Assembly: GCA_041736175.1 (NCBI GenBank)
Contig: JBGSUI010000156.1
Coordinates: forward strand, 1 to 38,721
Direction of reading: 5' to 3'
Source of the DNA: Oligoflexales bacterium
GTDB lineage: Bacteria > Bdellovibrionota_B > Oligoflexia > Oligoflexales > CAIYRB01
Length of the DNA: 38,721 bases
Both the position numbers and the translations under genes were made by a program. Below, piece after piece: positions 34,279 through 38,721 of the stretch. Under the pieces are notes generated by a model that was not told the origin of the DNA, searched no databases, and saw only the letters and a list, made by a program, of their open reading frames with translations. Each line of letters begins with the position of its first letter. Position 1 is the stretch's first letter.

Positions 34279-34323
34279 GTCTCGGACGCGTGACCCTCTG
34301 AAGGGTTTAACGTGAGGCCTAGT

Positions 34324-34680
34324 TTATTTCTCTCCCAAACGAATTCGTACTGATCGATGGGTTACCACTGTAAACGCCTTGATCAGCTTTTTACTATAAG
34401 TTGCTATGACAGATGACACTATATCAGCCTTCTCCAAAGGTCTAACCCCTGCAAGACGGATTAAAACAACTCCTTCATGAATTTTGTTGAGCCTAAAGAC
34501 CAGTTCGCCAAAGTCTTTGTCGGCGGTTATCAAAACACTCTTACGGCGGTTTGCTATTGCTAATACCTTTGGATCGGCGATGCTGGGTGACTCTTCTGCG
34601 ATTGAGTAAACCGCAAAGCCGTCTAGCCGCAGTCGTTGTACTATTTGAGCATCAATGCTTTCATCAGCGAGGAACTGCAT
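34324..34680 (-). CDS. DUF5615 PIN-like toxin
   Basis: MQFLADES, D..VL..A, LITADKDFGEL, GVVLIRL. Confidence 0.9.
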   Translation of the reverse strand: MQFLADESIDAQIVQRLRLDGFAVYSIAEESPSIADPKVLAIANRRKSVLITADKDFGELVFRLNKIHEGVVLIRLAGVRPLEKADIVSSVIATYSKKLIKAFTVVTHRSVRIRLGEK

Positions 34681-34936
34681 GTTTTCTCTCAGGTAGAGGC
34701 TCTACAAGATCGGTTCTGATGACCTTAGAGGCATAGTCAAGAGCCGACAAAATACCTTCCCTAGTCAATCGAGGGTGGGCCTCTAAAATATCTTCCGTTG
34801 TTTCACCTGCAGAGAGCTTTTCAAGAATCAACTCAACCGTGATTCGTGTGCCTTTGACAGTGGGCTTACCCATCATGATTTCTGGATCACACACAATCAA
34901 ATCTGTGCCCTTGGATTTAGTTTTTCGCGCTCCCAT
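34664..34936 (-). CDS. DUF433 antitoxin
   Basis: DPEIMMGKPTVKGTRITVELIL..L.AG.T.EDIL..HP.L; AAGGAG RBS; overlaps the DUF5615 gene. Confidence 0.92.
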   Translation of the reverse strand: MGARKTKSKGTDLIVCDPEIMMGKPTVKGTRITVELILEKLSAGETTEDILEAHPRLTREGILSALDYASKVIRTDLVEPLPERKHAVPR

Positions 34937-35246
34937 TTGTCATGCTCCTTTCTTCGCGGATAAGTAGCTTTTTACGGTTTGTTTAAGATAATTTAATTCA
35001 AATACTAGCACAGCGGCCTCTTCTTCAAGATAACACCTCGACACTTTAAAGGAAAAACTTTAACTTTTCCTTAATTCAGACATATCAGATATTTATATTT
35101 TAGTCAAAAATTCAATCAGTTGAATATCGTTTCAACTCGTAAGTAAGTGCTATTACCTTCGTCCCGGGGCGAACGACTCGATGTGATTTCGTCCAACGGA
35201 GCGGTCGAAGCCAAATTGCAATGAGCTCACAGATGGCCTTCGCGCT

Positions 35247-36938
35247 TTATTTGCCGCCATCGGTGTAGGACTGAACAATTTCGAATAACTCTTCTGGTTT
35301 TAACTGACGAATGACCTTAAACAAGTTAGGCGAACTTTCTAAGCGTATAGATTTTTTACATTTGCTATCTAAAGTCACTGCTTTGAGATCAGGAAATTGT
35401 GGCTGTGGAAATGAGAGTGTTATCGGATCGATTCCATCCTTACATCCACTTAATGTAAGGTAAATTAATTTGTGAGGGCGGGATTTGGAAAAATCCAAGA
35501 GGGAATTCTTTAAAGATTTGGACACGATCCGCATGCGCCTGAGATCAGGTAGAACCGCCAAGATTTTTGAGACATCTGGAGCCAAACCCCCAGGGTAAAA
35601 GACTATGGATTCGACCCCCTTTGTGGGCGGTAAATTTTGGAAATCTTCTAGGAATTTTTGATGTCTTTTTAACTCGGACGGATAGGCCGCCCCGGATCTA
35701 AGGAACAATTCGAATTTTATTCCGTGTTTTGCTCCTTCTTCGATGAGACCTCTTATAAAATTTGCATCCAAATAGCTTTCGGAAAGTTCACCCTTTATTC
35801 GGTACTCCTTTGCGTTTGGAAATCCCTTCCTAAGGGCAGTTATCATCGATCGAGGGAGCAAATTGCGATCTAGCCAGGACAAATATTTCAGAGAATTATT
35901 TTTTTGGTTCACAAAAATATTTGTTAGCGATATTTTCTTGATTTTCCTGCGCGCCGACTCCGATATTTTATTAATCGTATCGATCTGAAAATCGCAAATG
36001 TTCTGATAGTTTATTATCCCACTAGGATTAAAAATTGGAGTAGACCCGGAGTAAGTGTTTAACTCTACCACAGTGTTTGATGACTCGATAATTTGGCTTA
36101 CTTTTTCGGGGGTATTGCGATCAGAGTAATAGTCGACTACTTTTAGAGATTCTAGATTATTTACAAAATTCTTATCTGAAATGTATTCGATCATATCACG
36201 GTTTAGATAATGAATCTGGCCCATAACAAAACAACGCAAATCCCTGTTCGGGGTTACAAACGAGTTATTATAATCACGAAAGTTAAAACCTCCTATCAGG
36301 TTCCATTTGTGATCATTGGGTTCTATCAATGGACTTAGGTTCACCAATTTGAGACCAAGAGAATCCGCGACCATTTGTGGGAGACTGTTGCCAACCTGCC
36401 CCTCAAGTTCCTTAAACCAGCTTTCCATAGCATTCATAAGATATAAAATGTCGGATTGATACCCCAAGGCCGATGCCCACGATCGGTTCCGAAAACGACT
36501 TGGTTCCATGGAGTCATCGACTCCAATCATGCCGAGTCTGGCTCGCTGAAGTGAGTATATAATTTCTCCTGGCGTGATTAAATCGGGGTGAATACGGCAT
36601 GGCCGGACTTTTGAAAAAACTGAATCTACTTTAGCCTGCTTCCCTAATACATCAAGAATTGCTTTCTTCACCGTATCGGGTAGAGATGGCGTTTCTGACG
36701 GCTGAGGGGGATTACCCTCTCTGTATTTGTATTCATCAATCACAGTCGCCCTAATGGCTTCGACCAGTGGGGTCCTAGGGCTATCGAGGGTGATAGTTTC
36801 TCCTAGGGGAAGATCACCCTGGTACCGACTAGGTGGTGTTGAGTCATTTTGAATCGAACTCTCTTGGCTTTTTGTTCTAATACAGCCAATCAAAGCTACG
36901 CTAAATAGGGTGCGGATAAGAATCGTGGTGGTAGACAT
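35247..36938 (-). CDS. Large hypothetical lipoprotein with degenerate LRR-like C-terminus
   Basis: Start MSTTT (AGGGAG RBS); lipobox LIGC; LPDLRRMRI, KLIYLTLSGC, FPDLKAVTL. Confidence 0.6.
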   Translation of the reverse strand: MSTTTILIRTLFSVALIGCIRTKSQESSIQNDSTPPSRYQGDLPLGETITLDSPRTPLVEAIRATVIDEYKYREGNPPQPSETPSLPDTVKKAILDVLGKQAKVDSVFSKVRPCRIHPDLITPGEIIYSLQRARLGMIGVDDSMEPSRFRNRSWASALGYQSDILYLMNAMESWFKELEGQVGNSLPQMVADSLGLKLVNLSPLIEPNDHKWNLIGGFNFRDYNNSFVTPNRDLRCFVMGQIHYLNRDMIEYISDKNFVNNLESLKVVDYYSDRNTPEKVSQIIESSNTVVELNTYSGSTPIFNPSGIINYQNICDFQIDTINKISESARRKIKKISLTNIFVNQKNNSLKYLSWLDRNLLPRSMITALRKGFPNAKEYRIKGELSESYLDANFIRGLIEEGAKHGIKFELFLRSGAAYPSELKRHQKFLEDFQNLPPTKGVESIVFYPGGLAPDVSKILAVLPDLRRMRIVSKSLKNSLLDFSKSRPHKLIYLTLSGCKDGIDPITLSFPQPQFPDLKAVTLDSKCKKSIRLESSPNLFKVIRQLKPEELFEIVQSYTDGGK

Positions 36939-36987
36939 ATTGTTCTCCCTAGGAATTTGAGACAGATCACATTCAGAAAATTGATAC

Positions 36988-37003
36988 TGCAATTTTTGTA
37001 CCG
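36988..37003 (-). promoter_or_regulatory. sigma54 -24/-12 promoter
   Basis: Minus strand CGGTACAAAAATTGCA, 49 bp upstream of ATG 36938. Confidence 0.55.
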
Positions 37004-37209
37004 AAATGAGTGCTGTTGGTAGCAGGACGTAACAGTTGGAGAACAATATTAAAAACCACCACCCGGGTCTAAAATTCAAGTATTTGAATATTCGTAAGCT
37101 CTAACTATTAGAAAATGTTAACAAAATGAATATATGTTTATTTTGTAAATCATAATTCCGAAAAGATAAGTTGAGACGTGAAAAAAATTTGAACAAGGAA
37201 ACCATACCT

Positions 37210-38235
37210 ATGCCTATCTCACTTATAAAGACCCTAGCCTACCTGTCCGCCTGTAGTCTTGTGCTGTCTTGTGATAGCGCCAAACTAACCGGCGGAGACC
37301 AAAAGAAAAACAATCGACGTGTGGGGTCACCAGGAGAGCCCACTGGAGCCGATGGGACGTCTGGGTCATCGGCATTACCTCAAGACTTACCGCCAGGCCA
37401 AACCAATGCAAACCCTGAAGGGTCCAATCTGCCGAGTCCTCCGGCAATCAAACCCCCGACGACCGCAGAAACCAAAGGCGATGGGGACAAGGCGGCCCAG
37501 CTCACCGATTTTGCGGGATGGTGTACGAAGAGCCAGGAGACGAACCCTGTAACCTCAGGACGGCTTAAACCCCTGCTTAACGAACTCTGCGATGGCAGCC
37601 AACCGAGAGAACTGCTCACTAAACACTTGATCGCCAGCGCCTACCTAGGAACCGGCGAGCCGCAATTCACCGACCTAAAACCATTGGCCTCCAATGCCAC
37701 GACACGCACCTCAAGCTACCGGTTTGGTATAGCCATCAAGCTCCCTATTCCGATCAAAGATTATTTTGACAAAGTGGCTCCCAAAGCTGGAGACGTAAAC
37801 GAGATTAAAAAACTCCAGGAATCCACCGGGGCGACGGCAACGGTAACTCTCCTGCAAACCCATGAAAAAGATGGCCCCTACCATGTTCAAGGGTGGTCGA
37901 CCAAGAGTGTAGCTTTTAAGAATGTGCTAATCATCAATGTTGAATCCAGTGCTGCAAGCCGCAACGATTCCTTTAAATTTGTGGACGGTGCACAATACCT
38001 TTTTACGCAGTTTACCTATGACAAAGACCCGATAACAAAGGCTCTCCCTAAAACCGTCAAGTACTTTGACTATATGGCTGCCGGCGTGAAAATAGGTGAC
38101 AATCACTATCTTATTGCCGTCGTCGATGTCGCCCTCGATCACTATGGATTTGCGACGACCGCGGAGGCAGAGATACGTAAACTGATGGATTTCGGGATCA
38201 AGCAAATGCACACCCTCGCTGCAAATGCAAAATAA
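37210..38235 (+). CDS. Hypothetical lipoprotein
   Basis: AAGGA RBS; lipobox VLSC; Pro/Gly-rich linker followed by a globular domain with a Cys pair. Confidence 0.7.
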   Translation: MPISLIKTLAYLSACSLVLSCDSAKLTGGDQKKNNRRVGSPGEPTGADGTSGSSALPQDLPPGQTNANPEGSNLPSPPAIKPPTTAETKGDGDKAAQLTDFAGWCTKSQETNPVTSGRLKPLLNELCDGSQPRELLTKHLIASAYLGTGEPQFTDLKPLASNATTRTSSYRFGIAIKLPIPIKDYFDKVAPKAGDVNEIKKLQESTGATATVTLLQTHEKDGPYHVQGWSTKSVAFKNVLIINVESSAASRNDSFKFVDGAQYLFTQFTYDKDPITKALPKTVKYFDYMAAGVKIGDNHYLIAVVDVALDHYGFATTAEAEIRKLMDFGIKQMHTLAANAK

Positions 38236-38284
38236 ATTGACTCGCTGGTGGCGACAACAACATTGAGATATTTTTGGAGATTTT

Positions 38285-38313
38285 TTGATTTCCAGATTTG
38301 AATATGCTATAAT
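38285..38313 (+). promoter_or_regulatory. Strong sigma70 promoter
   Basis: TTGATT-N17-TATAAT with TGn extension. Confidence 0.65.
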
Positions 38314-38441
38314 CTCGATTAGAATCTGAAGCTATAGCGATTTAAGATTTAGGGGTCCATCGACCCACAAAGAGCATAAATGCTTGCCTTTCTCGCATAT
38401 AGAAGCTCCCTTTTGCAAAAAAAGACTTAAGGAGACATCCT

Positions 38442-38630
38442 ATGTTAAAGCACAAAGCTATCGAGTTTATCGGTCTCGTAGGGATCGCTCTAGCCGCGCA
38501 CCAAGCCATGGCCTCTGACATCCCTACCCTCGGCGTCAACCTCTGCACCCTTCACTACTCAAAGCTCGCCTACGGCAAAACTGAAGAGAGTCTTATCCGA
38601 AGCGCCCACGCAAAGACCAGTTTTGGTTGA
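38442..38630 (+). CDS. Small secreted protein or truncated gene
   Basis: TAAGGAGA RBS; signal peptide ending AMA; 62 aa. Confidence 0.5.
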   Translation: MLKHKAIEFIGLVGIALAAHQAMASDIPTLGVNLCTLHYSKLAYGKTEESLIRSAHAKTSFG

Positions 38631-38721
38631 TTCTTAAAATAAGATCGAAACCCCCTTAACCGTGGGCGGTTTGGATAAGAGCCCAATGAACTAAGCGCGC
38701 GAGCACAAATCTATGGGGAAT

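Noticed and set aside
35150..35246. GC-richer intergenic patch as a structured RNA
   Set aside because: No convincing stem or family motif; could be a gene scrap.
1..38721. tRNA, rRNA, CRISPR array, integrase or transposase
   Set aside because: None recognised on either strand by inspection.

Overview
Bacterial chromosomal window, probably from Bdellovibrionota (Oligoflexia-like). This placement is inferred from the many trypsin-like and orphan lipoproteins, a myxobacterial/Bdellovibrio-type outer-membrane beta-barrel, and recurrent sigma54- and FliA-like promoter motifs. Housekeeping genes include clpS-clpA, a motA/motB-like pair, photolyase, beta- and gamma-class carbonic anhydrase family genes, a class II glutamine amidotransferase, a flavin amine oxidase and a methyltransferase. 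These are interspersed with three recognisable TA modules (DUF4160/HTH, AbrB/VapC, DUF433/DUF5615), a fourth TA-like pair and several internally deleted gene relics. The most interesting content is a set of exported proteins, many behind near-consensus sigma54 -24/-12 motifs: a lipoprotein closely resembling animal c-type (GH22) lysozyme, two tandem catalytically dead trypsins with an almost identical core and divergent Cys-rich three-repeat tails, an active trypsin, a lethal-factor-like pseudopeptidase and a lipoprotein kinase. Together they are consistent with a predatory surface/effector arsenal. No rRNA, tRNA, CRISPR array or intact transposase was seen. All family assignments come from motif recognition by eye; no searches were run.
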